DNA from: Octopus vulgaris
Taxonomy: Eukaryota
DNA length: 64,000 nt
NCBI GenBank assembly: GCA_951406725.2
Contig: OX597827.1
Coordinates: 61,132,001 to 61,196,000 of the forward strand
Reading direction: 5' to 3'
Part shown: piece by piece, positions 13,412 to 28,800 of the stretch
Position numbering within the stretch: the stretch's first letter is position 1
Layout of the letters: each line of letters opens with the position of its first letter
Translations under genes and position numbers: made by a program
Notes under the pieces: generated by a model
What the model was told of the DNA's origin: nothing
Seen by the model: the letters and a program-made list of their open reading frames with translations, nothing else
Database searches by the model: none

Positions 13412-14229
13412 ATTTGTAGAAAGTTTCTTTAAAAAATACCCATTTTGTCTGAAAGTTATGAGGAAACAAAGTCGAATCGAGTGAATTACCTGAAACTCCT
13501 CCGAAAACAATAAATTCCAATATAATCATAATTCACACCATCTAAAGGGTGTTTGCAGAAAATTTCATTGAAAGATAATCATCTTTCTGAAAGTAATGAG
13601 TAAAAATCAAGATGTAGCACAATTGTGTATGTATGCCTAATTGAGTAAGTACAGAGCCACTGGATTGATAGCCTGCAAGAATTTAATGTATATTTAATTC
13701 AAAATATATAAGATCTCAGAAGTATTCCGAGTAATAGAGATCAACTTTAAACACAATCGTTCACGAAAGTTGAAGGCGATTTAGAACTAAATATTTAATA
13801 TTTATTCCTCAAAGGTATTTAGCGCGAGGCCTCTAACAATGCGAGGTCCGTAGCATCATATGTTCTCTCTTGCTACTAGGTCAATCAAGTACAGTCGATA
13901 ACTGATGGAATAATTCAAGGATATTGTCGGGAAAATAGAAAAGAGAAAGAAAATGTGTGATCTTGTCCATACATTAGAAATAATAACAATTATTACTCTT
14001 ATTCTGCGGTAGAAAAAATTGCCTTACAGTGTTTAGTTTCGTCGTTCGTAGTTCAAATCCCGTCGCAGTCGACTGTGTTCGTTACCCTGCAAAGTGTATA
14101 AAACAAGCAGCAGTTGTGCATTGCAGACAATTATTTCGAACCACTATACTTATACTGCGAGTGCGCATTTTTTTTTTTGTCATATTCGTTTAGAGCAAGT
14201 TGTTTTACACATATTACACTATTTTTTGT

Positions 14230-14718
14230 TTGTTTTGGTGCCCGGGTCAGCCCCTCAGATGCTTTCGGAAATTCCCGATGTGAATTTTCCGAGGCCTCTC
14301 CCCCACCCCCCCTTTCGCGTGCGGGAATTTTTTTTTTCATATTCGTTCATAGGAAGTTGTTTTACACCTATTACACACATTTTGTAGCCTTGCGTAATAA
14401 TCTATTATCAAATCTTTCATCAATTACACTTGACATATATCAATCAGCACCGGTAACATTCAGCGATGTTTACAGGAAAAAAATTACCAACGACACCGGT
14501 TCAGAGCTAAGGTTCCAAATAGCAGTGTTTTCCATATTTCTTTTTAACTTTATTCATTTATGATTAAGCCAATAATTAGTACAAGAGGTAAAACTTGTGT
14601 CTGCTTTCTCAACGACTTGGACCCATCAACTTTCCGACAACCCGGTCTCACAAACCGGATGTTGTAGTCACGTGTTTCACAGATTTGACCCCTGCATGGC
14701 GAACTTGGTGTCCTAGCA
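14230..14718 (+). promoter_or_regulatory. Putative PTCD3 promoter / 5' UTR
   Basis: Unique, repeat-free and locally CpG-richer sequence before the predicted ATG. Contains ETS-like CCGGATGT (14655-14662), E-box GTCACGTG (14667-14674) and E2F-like GCGGGAA (~14321). Confidence 0.5.
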
Positions 14719-14744
14719 ATGTCGTCTACAATACTAAGTCTCAA
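14719..14744 (+). CDS. PTCD3: PTCD3 exon 1 (putative start, MSSTILSLK)
   Basis: ATG followed by donor AA|GTATGT. Phase 2 matches exon 2. Lies in the only unique, promoter-like region. No homology support for this peptide. Confidence 0.6.
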
Positions 14745-17169
14745 GTATGTTCTCTCTGTGTTTTTCTCTCCGATTTCATTTTGTCCATCATTCATTTTCT
14801 ATCAAGTTTATACTTCTGTTAAACGTCATCTCTTTTCTCTCTCGAGTGAATTGTATTATACGAAGTGCTTCATCTCCACCAACGTTCCCTTTAATTTGTT
14901 TGCTATCAGTGTGCACAAAAATTTGCCTGTGTGCAAATTTTGTTTATATTTACAAATTATGTGCGCATTCATGTGAAGAACAATTTGTAAAAAAAAAAAA
15001 ATCAGATTTCATCCTGCAAAGGTTGTATGCACTCATATTTTCATTTAAGTGCTACTTGTAAAACGTGTCCGTGCGCGCACAGCTGAGAGACAGCATTGCC
15101 ACAGCTTCTATTTAATACTTGTTTACCCTCTCCCTTTGCAAATAACACAAGGGCACTGAAATTGTGTCTAAGGCCAGCTGGAGACGTCGATCTCCTGGGG
15201 CTAAAAGCGTCAGTAACACCCCACCCCCAGTGGCTAGCCACATTCAGATGGCTAGTACACTTTACAATTTGGTTGTTTCCTATTTTATTACGCCCAAACT
15301 AAGCACGCTTGCAGCATGTAAACGAACTGTGAAGTGTATTTCGCTGTTTTTGTTTCACTTCCGAATCGTTTCGATCTGTTAGTAAAATAGGAAACGACTG
15401 TAATACTTATATACTTTCATCGCCCTCTTCATCGGGGCTAATGCAGTTTCGCACCTCTCCTTGAAACATGCATTTTTTTAAAAACTGCTTTAGCCCCACT
15501 AATTCTTAACTCTAGCCAAACCCCTAAACGTGTCCTAATACTGAATTTTCTAAAGATATATGTTTCTTTATTACCCACAAGGGGCTAAACATAGAGGGGA
15601 CAAACAAGGACAGACAAACGAATTAAGTTGATTACATCGACCTCAGTGCGTAACTGGTACTTAATTTATCGACCCCGAAAGGATGAAAGGCAAAGTCGAC
15701 CTCGGTGGAATTTGAACTCAGAACGTAACGGCAGACGAAATACGGCTATAATCGCATGCACAGAAACTGAATCGGACCGTCATTTCTTTTGAACTTCTGG
15801 GTTTATTCCAATGAGAAAATCAATACTATATTCTTTAGACTGACCGTGTTGAGGAGAGCAGGAACTGTTAATAAAAACTGGTACAAGATAGAAAGAATAC
15901 TTGGCGCAGGAGTGGCTCTGTGGTAAGAAGCTTGCCTCCCAAACACATGGTTCCGGGTACTGGTGCTGCATTAATGCACCTGTGCTGGTGGCACGTAAAC
16001 GCCCAGCAGCACACTCTTTTAACTGGTTGGCTTTTGGAAGGGCATCTTGCCATTGAAACCATGCCTCAACAGACAACTGGTGTTTGGACAGCTCCCTGCT
16101 AGCCGGCTCCATATCAAACCGTCCAACCCATGCCGGCGTGGAAAGCAGACGTTAAATGTTGATGATGATGATACAAGACTTATTTTATACAAATGGATAC
16201 TTGCCATAGAGGTGCTAGAAAAGCTGTAATTAAATGTTGGTGCCTAAATGCTCCTTGTAATAATTAAAATAGCGTAACTTTTAATTTTCTCTATTTTACA
16301 GGTCTTTGAGTAAACTTGCAGCATGTTGTCATTTAAAACAAACAGTGATGGTTATCTCCAGCTGTCAAGTGGTAACACAAACAAAGGAGAAGTCACGTAA
16401 GTAATTGATAATCACTAATATACTTAACCTGCTAGATATAGCAACCAAATCTTGTTCAAATCATAATTTTATCAATAACTAGCAGTATTGCCCGACATTG
16501 TTCGGGTGTGTTTCGACCCTTTAGAATTGGAATTTTTTGAAAAGTAAAAATTTTGCATTATGTAGCATTTTTCTAGTTGAAATACACTGAAAAATGGCGA
16601 CACAGCAGTCAAAAAATCATAAAAAATAGAGATTTTCATAGAAAAAAAACACCTTTTTGATGTAAATAATTTTTGGTGTTAACATGGTCCGATTTGAATC
16701 TTATCTTCTACAGAAGGAAGAGCAAGCCTTCCTCTATCATACTCTCAATTTTGGTCAACTTGCACCGCAGGGTCTCGGAGGAGATAGTGTTAGTTGAAGG
16801 CTACCAAACCTGCCATACACAGACAACTTCAGCTTTATATATATAGAGATATACAAAAAGGACAGGAAAAGCATGACCAAAACATCTTTGATCATGGTTA
16901 AACTAGGGCTAAACAATGTACATCATTATCCTTTGTGCCTGCTTTATATGCTTGCACGGATAGGATAGGTTGTAATGGTCTGAATCATTTTCTTTATTTG
17001 TCTCTGGTCAAAGTTCACATTAATACTACAGTGGTTCAGTTCAGTGTGTGGCACCTTGGACAAGTGTATGCTACTATGGCTTCAGTCTGCTCAGTGTGCC
17101 CTGGAAATGAACTTTGGTAGATGGAAACTGTACACAAGCCTATTGTGCATGTGTGTGTATCTGTGTCTA

Positions 17170-17216
<47 letters not shown>

Positions 17217-17693
17217 CACAAAGTAAGTTAGGGGTTATAGGTGTAACCCACTAAGGGATAGTATTTATCCAATATACTGTTGGTAAAGTACCCAGATTCT
17301 TAATACATAAATGTTTTTAATTGCAATGCAATTAACTTATTTAATTTATTGTATTAAATGGGTGAAGGTAAAGAAATATTTAACCATTAATTTATAATAC
17401 AAATACAAATAAGAAAATGGAGAAACAAATTTAGTTTGTTCATCAACTTTCAGATATTAGAATGTTGGATTATTTATTCATTTAACAAAATGAGAACCTT
17501 AATAGCATACATATATATTTTATATATATATATAGAGGCACAGGTATGGCCGTGTGATAAGAAGCTTGCTTTCCAACCACATGATTCCTGGTTCAGTCTC
17601 ACTCTATGGCACCATGGGCAAATGTCTTCTATAGCCTTGGGCTGACTAAAGCCTTGTGAGTGGATTTGGTAGATGGAAACTGATAGAAGCTCA

Positions 17694-17743
<50 letters not shown>

Positions 17744-20700
17744 GAATTCCCTGTGGCTTTGTGGTTTGAGTTTTTTAGCAATATTTTCACACACTGCATA
17801 ACTAGCTTGAGTTACAGTTTCACTTTCTAGAAGTGGCCTTTTGGAAAAATCTTGTCTTTTGGTCAAGTTTTCTTTCATAAGCATTCATAAGCGTTCATAT
17901 TCTTTCAAATTTTCATAGATCTTTTACTTACTCACAAAATGCCTCTCAATATTATATTTTTTATGAATGACTACTTGTTCATTGCAAATAAGACAAATGC
18001 ACTTGTTATCTATTTCAATGAAAAAATAAAGTTCAGTCCATTTTTCATCAAACCAAGCATGTTCACCAGCACTTCTTTTTTTTTTTAGGATTTTTATAAC
18101 CACTTCCCATATTGATAAATGTATCGACAAATTGATTTAACAAGGTTATTGTTATAAACCCAAACTCAAATATCAAAGGGTTACAATAAAACGAGCAGAG
18201 GTTTCCCCACCCCTGATCTATCTGGTTTGTTGTTCAACCTACAAGAATTAGTAGAGTCGCTAAATTTAACCAGGTTAGAAGGTAATACTCTTCACTAATG
18301 GACTTTAATAATGTATCTATCACATACTGGGCGACTGTTTTATGAAATACACTTCATAGTGTCTAGTTTTAAGGGGATAAAATGACAGATGCTCTGTAGT
18401 GTAATCACTAATACAGTCAGTCTGTAATCAAGAGAAACAGGGTTCATGCCGCACCAGAAGCAGTTAATCCTCATATTGTTGCTTATAATATATATTTGTT
18501 TCAAATTTTAGCACAAGGCCAGCAATTTCGAGGGTGAGGATAAGTCAATTACATTGACCCCAGTGCTCAACTTGTACTTATTTTATCGACCTCTGAATGG
18601 TTGAAAGGCAAAGTTGACTTCAGCAGAATTTGAACTCAGAATGTAGAGACAGATGAAATACCGTTAAGCATTTTGCCCAGCGTATGAACGATTTTGCCAG
18701 TTCATTGCCTTATAATAGATATTAATAATTTCCGACCGAAGCTTTGTGATTGAATTTGGCAGGCGGAAGTTACTGCCGTGTGTGTATATGTGCGTGTAGG
18801 TGCTTGTGCCTCTCCGAAAGAGAGAGAGGGTTCCAGTAATTATCTTATCTTGAATGACTCTTCAACAAATTATTTGTGTTTTTAATTTCTTTTGATACCC
18901 TATATTCTTTTAGGTGATCTCCAGAAAATTGTGATACCCAAGCGAATAAAAAGGTAAGTGTTTTTTATCTATTTATGTTTTACTTTTTACTTGTCTTGGT
19001 CACGGGACTGTGGCCATGCTGGAGCACCCCTCGACGTGTTTAGGCGAATGAATTGAACCCAAAGCAACGCCAGTTGGAAGATAAACATTACACACATAGA
19101 CATTATCATCATCACCATTGTTTAACATCCGCTTTCTATGCATGTTTGATAGGAGTTGGCCAGGTTGCCAACTCCACCAGACTTCTGTGTCTATTTTGGT
19201 ATAGTTTTTACGGTTGGATGCCTTTCCTAACACCAACCACCCTACTGAGGGGACTACATATGTACATACATATGAATGATGGGTTTCTTTCAGTTTCTGT
19301 CTTTCAAACCTGCTCGCAAGTCGTTGGTTGGCCCAAGGTTATAATAGAAGACACTTGCCCAAGTTATCATGTAGTGGAACTGAACCCAGGACCTTATGGC
19401 TGGGAAATGAGACCCTTAACCACTCAACCATACCTGCATCTTTACCTTTATTTTTGTATCCCTTTTTTTTTTTGTGGTTTTTCCCATCGTAATGGTCTCT
19501 ATATTTTCATCCCTGCAACACATTAAAAAAAGTAGAAATTCCAAGGTACCATTTATATATTTCATGCACAACTTTCCCCCACACTCCACCATAGGAGCCA
19601 TGCAGGCATGGAAAAGTGGACGTTAAAACGATGATATTGAGATGGAAGAGGATGATGACAATGATGATGGTGTCAACTTACACTTAGGCACATATTTTTG
19701 GTTCTCAGTGCACAACCACTGTGCAAGAGAAAGATTTGCACACAAGATTTGCAATGCTTATTTTGACCACTTTATTTATTACATTGCTTAGCAGATATCA
19801 TCATCATTTAACATCTGTTTTTCTATGCTGGCATGGATATTGTTGTTGTTGTTGTTAAGCAACAAGACAGGTAAGGGTGACTAGGTGATGGACTAGGGTT
19901 TGGGGGCGGGAGACCTGAGACCTTGGAAAAAAAAAAACTTTGGTCGTCTTGTAGTCGAGGGCTTTTCGTTGACGCCCGACACTACTGGGAGGTGGCCCAC
20001 GAAGTCGCTGGAAATGGAGATCTTCGGGTCCAAATTCTTGAACGGTGCTGGCATGGATTGCATGGTTTGGCAGCATCTGGTGAGTCACAGGACCGCATTA
20101 AGTTGCAATGTCAGCTTTGGCATGGTTCCTATGGCTGGATACCCTTCCTAATACCAACCACTTCAGAGTATGTGCCAGGTGCTTTTCCCATGACACTGGT
20201 GCTTGTGGGGTTGCCAAGTAACTTGCAAGACAAGAAAGAAATAATGGGAAAATGGATGGAAAAGAAAAAAAAGACCCTTGACTATGTAGGGGAGTCTTTG
20301 AGCAGTGGAGATGAGATTTTATGTCGGGGACAAGTGTAGGCATTTTGCTATGAAGAATATACGTAGTCAGACCACCTGTGCATACCTTCCTTCTTGTGAC
20401 ACTTGTGAAGACCTGTTGAGGCAAGTGAAAATCAAATCAAATCAAAACAAATCAAAATAGATGAACATCAATGGAATTTGTATCTTTGTGGTACCAGTGC
20501 CGGTGGCACACAAGAAAACCATCCGAACGTGGCCTTAGCCAGTACCGCATCGACTGGCCTCCGTGCTGTGGGCACGTAACAAACAACATCCGAGCGTGGC
20601 CGTTCGCCAGCCTCGTCTGGCACCTGTGTCGGTGGCACATAAAAACACCATCCGAGCGTGGCCGTCTGCCAGCCTCGTCAGGCACCTGTGTCGGTGGCAC

Positions 20701-22716
20701 ATAAAAAACACCATCCGAGCGTGGCCGTTCGCCAGCCTCGTCTGGCACCTGTGTCGCTGGCACATAAAATCACCCACTACACTCTCGGAGTGGTTGGCGT
20801 TAGGAAGGGCATCCAGCTGTAGAAACACTGCCAGATCTGACTGGCCTGGTGCAGCCTTCGGGCTTCCCAGACCCCAGTTGAACCGTCCAACCCATGCTAG
20901 CATGGAAAGCGGACGTTAAATGATGATGATGATGATGATGATGATGATCCCATATTCACTTTATCTATTGTTATGCTGTTTTCTCATTTTAGTTATACAT
21001 GTTTATTTTCTTCTCTTTTTAAAATCAGAGGTCCCACTGATATTCTGGATGCCTTGTCACAAACAGTTGGAAAGGTGAGTATTTGTCTTTCAAGAATATA
21101 AATATGTGGCTTAGATTTGATTGTCTTACTGGATACTGTCTTCAGAGTCTCTGAACCATCTATCTCCTGTTAATAAATACCGTAAATCCTCGAGTATAAT
21201 CCGCATTTTCCCCCCCAAATTTAAAGGTCAAAATGCCTAGTGCGTACTATATACGAGGTAAAAAATGAAAATTATTTTCTTAGCAATGTCCAAGACTCTA
21301 TTTGCTGTCCGACAATGTTTATTCAGACGCATTTTGTGATATCAGGTGCGAAAATACCTTAAGGTAAGCCTGAAAGCAATGAAGTCATAAAAGAATCATC
21401 CATAACTTGCAATAAGCAACATTTATTAAATGTTATTACTGTTATTTCTTTATTTTCTGCAAACAAAATGCACAAAAAAGCTACACGTTTGCATTATGCT
21501 ATATATACAATAATAATAAAGGACGTTACCGTATACATTTTTACAAACCAAGGACGTTATATAGACCTCTTTGACTCAAGTTAGAGAAGAGGTGCAGGCT
21601 TTTCAGAGGTACAACCCCCTAAAAATCCCCTGCGTATTATACTCAAGGGCGGACTATACTCCAGGATTTACGGTACTGCAGTTCCACTTGTCATTACAGT
21701 GAATGTTTCTCGAGTGTATTCAAGTATAGAGAGTTACTTTATCGAGTTTCAGTTCTCCTTCTCTCCCAAACAGCAATTCAAACAATTGGGAATAAGCTTT
21801 GAAACAGCTGAAGAATTTATTATAAAGTGGTTGGTGTTAGGAAGAGCATTCACTGTAGAAACTGAGCCAAACAGACTATGCAATCCAGTGCAGCTTTCTG
21901 TCAGGCTAGCCAACCCATGCTGGCATGGAAAACGGATGTTAATTAATGATGATGATAATGATATATATATATATAATTAATGATGATGATAATGATATAT
22001 ATATATATTCTTTTACTCTTTTACTTGTTTCAGTCATTTGACTGCGGCCATGTTGGAGCACCGCCTTTAGTCGGGCAAATTGACCCCAGGACTTATTCTT
22101 TGTAAGCCTAGTACTTATTCTATCGGTCTTTTTGCTGAACCACTAAGTTACGGGGACGTAAACACACCAGCATCAGTTGTCAAGCGATGTTGGGGGAACA
22201 AACACAGACACACAAACATATACACACACATACATATATATATATATATACAACGGGCTTCTTTCAGTTTCTGTTTACCAAATCCACTCGCAAGGCTTTG
22301 GTCAGCCCGAGGCTATAGCAGAAGACACCCAAGGTTACACGCAGTGGGACTGAACCCGGAACTGTGTGGTTGGTAAGCAAGCTACTTACCACACAGCCAC
22401 TCCTGCACCTATATATGTATATATATATGTGTGTGTGTATAGCATCATAGATCATCGTCATCATCATAATTTAACATCCAAGTTCCAAGCTGGCATGGGT
22501 TGGACTGCTGATTTTTTTATCCTTTGTGTTTTACTTGTTTTTAGTCATTGGACTATGGCGGTGCTAGGGTACTGCCTTGAAGATACACACGCACGCACAT
22601 TCATATATTCCATACATATTTTGTGTGTACAGTTAGATGTATGATTACAACTGTATGAGTTAGAGTTCCATGTATGTGTGTGTATATATGTATATATACA
22701 TACACACACACATATA

Positions 22717-22766
<50 letters not shown>

Positions 22767-24879
22767 GGTATTAAGTTTCCTGTTTGATCTTTGTAAGTAT
22801 TAGAAATAATATTTTATGTATAACAGTTTCAGAAAATATATTTTGTTTTTACCATTTCAGGATTATACAGCTCCGGCATATCGCTATATAGATGATCCTT
22901 ATCTTATCCCCACCAGTACCTATGCCAAAGTAAGTGTTAGCTTTTTCAAACTCAGCCAAGATGGATACCAAGGGGTGGGTTTTCTTGATGTCCATGTTAA
23001 TATTGACTTATTCCATCCTTCTTATTCACTGTTAACTCATCTGTTGGGAATTTATTTTCAGAACTGTAGGGTTAACCCTTCAGAGCCAAGCATCTTATCC
23101 GCCAGAAGTGTTTTACCTTCCATCTGTTTAACAACTCAGAAACTTGGTCTAAGTACTAGCACAGTTGACCTTAGAGGGCTGTGAATGAATCAATAAACAT
23201 TCAGATTCTATATCAGGCATGGGTAACCTTTTTTGAGAAGTGGGCTGTACGGGATGTTGTTATCAGGAAGGCCATACTACTAAAAATATTCAGAGAACTT
23301 TTTTGTTAAGCATGTTATCCAGAAGGTCTCACAGGCCATGGTTTGCCCATAACTGCTCTTTATAAACAAAACACTTTTTTTTTATTACAATGACTGCTGC
23401 AAATAAGAGAGAACTGTATACTGTTTATGGTATCTTTTTTATAGATTGGGTTCTGATCTTTTATGAGTTTTGTTGCCTCCAAGAACAATACCCTAGCATT
23501 GCTGACTGAATATGAACTGTTCAGCAGCCAATATTCTTATGTTTAAGCAAGCCGTCACTCCCAGAACTTGTTCTCTCTCTCATTTCACTGACTACTGTGA
23601 TCCACTGGGCAAATATTTGTCTCCAGTTTCTGTAGCCTTAAGGAGATGAGTCATGAGCCATAGCTAGGTTTTTCCATCAATGACAGTGAACTTAGTATTG
23701 CAAGCCAAGATATATCTATCAATTTGCTATGGTAATGAATAACTCTTTTCATATCAAACCCACTTGAGGCTGCTTCTTGTTTCACAATACATCACAATCA
23801 TCATCGTTTAATGTCTGCTTTCCATGCTAGCATGGGTTGGACGATTTGACTGAGGGCTGGCAAACCAGATGGCTGCACCAGGCTTCAATCTTGATCTGGC
23901 AGAGTTTCTACAGCTGGATGCCCTTCCTAATGCCAACCACTCCGAGAGTGTAGTGGGTGCTTTTACGTGTCACCGGCATGGGGCCAGTCAGGCAGTACTG
24001 GCAACGACCTCGCTCGAATTTTTTACGCATGCCACGGGCACAGGTGCCAGTAAGGCGATGCTGGTAACGATCATGCTCAAATGATATCTTTTATGTGCCA
24101 CTGGCACGGAAGCCAGATAGCCGCTCTGGCAACGATCACGCTCAGATGGTGCTCTTAATACCCTACTAGCACGGGGCTCATTTTCAATTCTAATCATATT
24201 GTACAGATCTGCAATCTGATTTAGCATATCTATGATCAGAATTTATCATATGTGCTCTTCCATTTTTTTTTTTAAAGAAAAGGGTGTAGTTTGAAGGAAA
24301 CGTGGCTGCTATTTCTAGCAGATAATGACCAGAGAGAGCAGTGGTTCTCAGTCAGAGGCCGTATGGCTTTTGGGGGTCCATATAAGATTTTGTTGTTAAA
24401 ATTTATGTGCAATAAACTGGTTATATTTCTACAACACACAAAATATTTAAATATGTTTTTTTACACAATTCCTAAATTTAATAATATTTAACCATAAAAA
24501 TATAACAGGAGTTTTTAGACATGGAATAGCTATGAGGGTCCCACCTCCTGAGTAAAATAGGAATCGGAGCAGCCCTTAAGCAAAAAATGGTTGAGAACCA
24601 TTGACACAGAGGTTCTTTTGTTGGTTTGTGCTTACCAGAAACTTTTATTTTCCAACATTGGCTTAATAACGACTAAGTTATTTGATTAAGTTACACCTGA
24701 ATTGTTACTTAATTCCCAAATTGTCTGAAAAACAGATGCAGTCCATTTTAATCAAAACTAGCAGTATAACCTGGCTTTGCCCAGGATTAAGTTAAGATTA
24801 TTAAGTTAATCAAGTTCTTTATTTCAAACCAAACCAAGTAACATCAACGTCAAATTTGGGCAAAATCCGTTAAAATTGG

Positions 24880-24920
<41 letters not shown>

Positions 24921-25790
24921 GCAACACACACATATGTATGTACAGCTATTGCATACATGTTTTTTGTATGCATACATGTTCGTGTGTGTGTTGCCCGTAT
25001 ATCAACAAAATACTTTTTTGTTCGATGGAAAAAAACAACAAAAGTCTTAAAAACTTACTCGTCGCTAGAAGGGAACTGAACTCCTGTTTGCAAACAATGG
25101 TGATTTCTCCAACTTGAAAATTGTTAAAAGTTTTGGTTTAAAATTTATTTTTACAGCTATTCGCTTGTGTCTCTGGTAAAAATAAGTTGACGAAAATACA
25201 GCTAGGGTCATGATGAATGTCCTCCTAAAATTGGGGCGACATGCATGTTAATTTGTGGACGTGCATAAATTACATTCACGTACACACACACACACATGCA
25301 TCCTGCCTTTTATATATACAGATAAAGGTGCAGACATGGCTGTGTGGTTGAGAAATTTGATTCCCCCAATTTCTAAATTCTTATGATTTCAACAAAATGA
25401 ATTATATTTTTCTATACTTTTCAGAGAATTTATGCATTATCTAAAGCCTCTGGAAGAAAGACCGCTAACTACATGTTACAGAAATTTCCAAAGAACTTCA
25501 GTCATAATCCAGCAGTTCCTCATGTACCGGTTAGTTTTTCTTTCTTTCTTTTATTCTTTTACTATTTTCAGTCATTTGACTGCAGCCATGCTGGAGCACC
25601 ACCTTTAGTCTAACAAATCAACCCCAGGACTTATTCTTTGTAAGCCTAGTACTTATTCTATCTGTCTCTCTTGCCAAACCACTAAGTTACAGGGACGTAA
25701 ACAAACCATTCGAACACATTTCTCTCCTGTGACATCACAATTTTCTCTCACACACTGTCTTGCAATCCGAAATACCTCAGTTCTTTGGTC

Positions 25791-25851
<61 letters not shown>

Positions 25852-28800
25852 GAAATAGATTGTTCCTGGAAGTTGTTTCTTATATCGGCAATTGATTACA
25901 CCTTGATCCTTGTGTCTTGCCTTTATATACATACACAGACACACATATATATGTATCTATGTATGCATGCATGTATGTGTCACGCCTGTATATATGACAC
26001 AAATCAAATAATACAGGAAACTCTTTTCCAATATTTGGATGGCTTCTAGTCCTCCATGTCAGTTAACTTTTTTCTCAACTACAACTTTAATCTTTATGCT
26101 CTCCAACACCAGTGACTTCACAAATACATCAAGCTGATGTATTGCTTCTGAAAAAAAAAAGGAAGGAAGCATAAAAAAAATCATCCAGTTCAGTCCAAAC
26201 ACCCAATATCTTTTTATCTTTTACTGGTTTCAGTCATTATATAGTAAAAGCAAGTGGCCTATTTTGTGGTCAGGTCAACAGATTTATGATTACAAGGTTG
26301 TGGTTTCAATTTCCAGTCCATTCCACTGAGATTAACTTTCCCTTTTATCCTTTCAGGGTTGATAAGTACCAATTGAGCACTGGGGTCAATTTAATCGACT
26401 AAGCCCCTCTCCCCTCCCCTAAAATTGCCGGCCTTGCACCAAAATTTGAAACCAATATAATGCTGCATCTGTTGTTGTTTATTTACTTTTCTTTTCTCTT
26501 TGTTTAGAGCTTCATGCCTCACGTAGAGAAGGGTTTCCATAAAGCTCCAGCGAACGAGTCAACTTTGTTGGAATGTGTGAAGCTGCGTAAAGTTACCAGT
26601 GCCATGTCAGTCTATGACAGAATTCTTGCTGAAGGTAATAATCTTTGAATCTCTGAAAGAGTTTTAAATCTGACCAGCAATCGTTTTTCAGGGGAACTTC
26701 CTACGTAATGGAGCGGGCTGTTGTATTTAAGTGTCCAGGGGAAATAATTCTCTCAATACGGATGGGAGTAAAATTGGATTACTCACCCATTTGATACCAC
26801 TCTGTCCAAGTCTGCTCTTACATCTGTCAAACAAACTTTCTATATAATATATTCTAAATTAAAATTTCATGTTAATTTATGTTTCAGCAATCAGCTTAAT
26901 AAGGATAAAGATATTTTACTAAATTCTTCATTATTTTCAAAATTAATTGAAGTAAAGGCGTAGGAGTGGCTGTGTGGTAAGTAGCTTGCTTACCAACAAC
27001 ATGGTTTCGGGTTCAGTCCCACTGCGTGGCACCTTGGCCAAGTGTCTTCTACTATAGCCTCGGGCTGACCAAAGCCTTGTGAGTGGATTTGGTAGATAGA
27101 AACTGAAAGAAGCCCGTCGTATATATGTATATATATATGTATGTGTGTGTGTATATGTTTGTTCCATACTTCAGCAACTCTTAGCATGAAAAAATGTTTC
27201 CGAAAGTCATGGGAGCTGTGCTGTTTTCTGACTTTGTAAACATGTCCACGGGTGTTAGACAGGTGGAGTTTGTAAAGGTGCTCAGAGTTATTGTTAGTAA
27301 TTTTATATCATTGTCTCAGAGTCTTAGCCTTCCAACTTTCCAAGACAGAAATGTGAAGACATGTTTGATATCCTTTCATAATTGACTTGTAAATCTAACC
27401 GTCTGTAATCTCTTCCAACATATTTGCTTACAGGAGCAACAGTCTCTTCAGATGTATTTCAACAACTTCTTGACCTGCTCTGTATATACAACTGCCAAAA
27501 TGTAGAAGTGCCCCTGACTCCCGAAGAATATTTTTATCAGCGTGATCTTGATTCCTCCAGGAATCAAAGATCAATCAAGAATACATGGAAGTACGTATGA
27601 TGATAATATTGATCTCTTAATATTATTGGTTTTATCTTTTATTTGTTTCAGTTATTTGACTGCAGCTTTGCTGGGGCACAGCTTTGAAAAATTTTTAGTC
27701 GAATGAATTGACTCCAGTACCTGTCTTTCTTTAAGCCTGGTACTTATTCTTTCAATCTCTTTTGCCGATCTGCTAGGTTACAGGGATGTAAACACACCCA
27801 TACCAGTTGTCAAGTGGTAGTGGAACACTAACACAGGCACAAAGAGACACACATACATACACATATATGATGGATTTCTTTCAGCTTCCATCTGCCAAAT
27901 CCACTCACAAGCTTTTGGTTAGCCTGAGGCTATAGTAGAAGACACTCTCCCAATGTGCCATGTGGTTGGGAAGCAAGCAAACTTCTTACCACACAGCCAT
28001 ACCTAACATGGCCAACACTGATTATTTCTAACAGCTTTTAACTCTTTCAAATTTATGTAATTTATAAAGGTGCAGGTATGGCTATGGGGGTATGGTGTTT
28101 GCTTTGTATTTAAATGGTCTCCAGTTCTATTTCATTGCTTGACACCTTGGACAAATGTCTTCTAATGTAGATTTGGATCTATTAATTCCTTGTAAATGGA
28201 ATTGGTAGATGAAGACTGTATGCAGAATCACACCTCTCTTTGAAAAATGCATTTTTTCGAAAAAAAATTTTCGGTTTTCTATGTTTTAGATATTAGAGAT
28301 TATGAATATGCAAAAAAAAAAAAAAAAACCCACCTTTTCAAATTTCATTCCACCCTGCTCCCTCTCCCCTATTTTAAATTTTGAACGTTTTTGATAATTT
28401 TTTTTTAAAACTACCTTTCCCAAATTTAAAATCCCTGCCTCAACCTCCTCTTCCCCCAAAATGGCGCACAACCCCACTCCCCAACAGACCTTTCCGACTT
28501 TCTATTTTTTTCAGCAGATTCCTATGTCTTCAATGACGGAGATTCTGAATATGCAAGAAACCACATTTTCAAAATTTTAAATTCCACCCTCACCCCCAAA
28601 TTTTAATTTAAAACTTTCTTTTGGGATTTTTATATTTTTGAAAAGGTTTTTTTTTTTTTTTTTTGCATATTCGTAACTCCAATATCTAAAATGTAGGAAT
28701 CCGAAAAATTTTTTTTCAAAAAAAATGCACTTTTCAAGAAGAGGTGCAAATTCTGCATTAACCCCCCACTTACCAATTTTTCTGTTTTTTTAAGTGAAAA

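Noticed and set aside
13490-13586. Possible minus-strand exon (ttactttcAG...CAG|GTAATT, MIILEFIVFGGVS) of a divergent gene
   Set aside because: No partner exons were found, and the acceptor-like motif recurs nearby (~13450) as part of a degenerate repeat. RNA-seq would be needed.
15360-15455. Third hammerhead-like candidate (CCGAUGA ... CGAAAC on the - strand)
   Set aside because: I could not build convincing stems II and III or a cleavage triplet.
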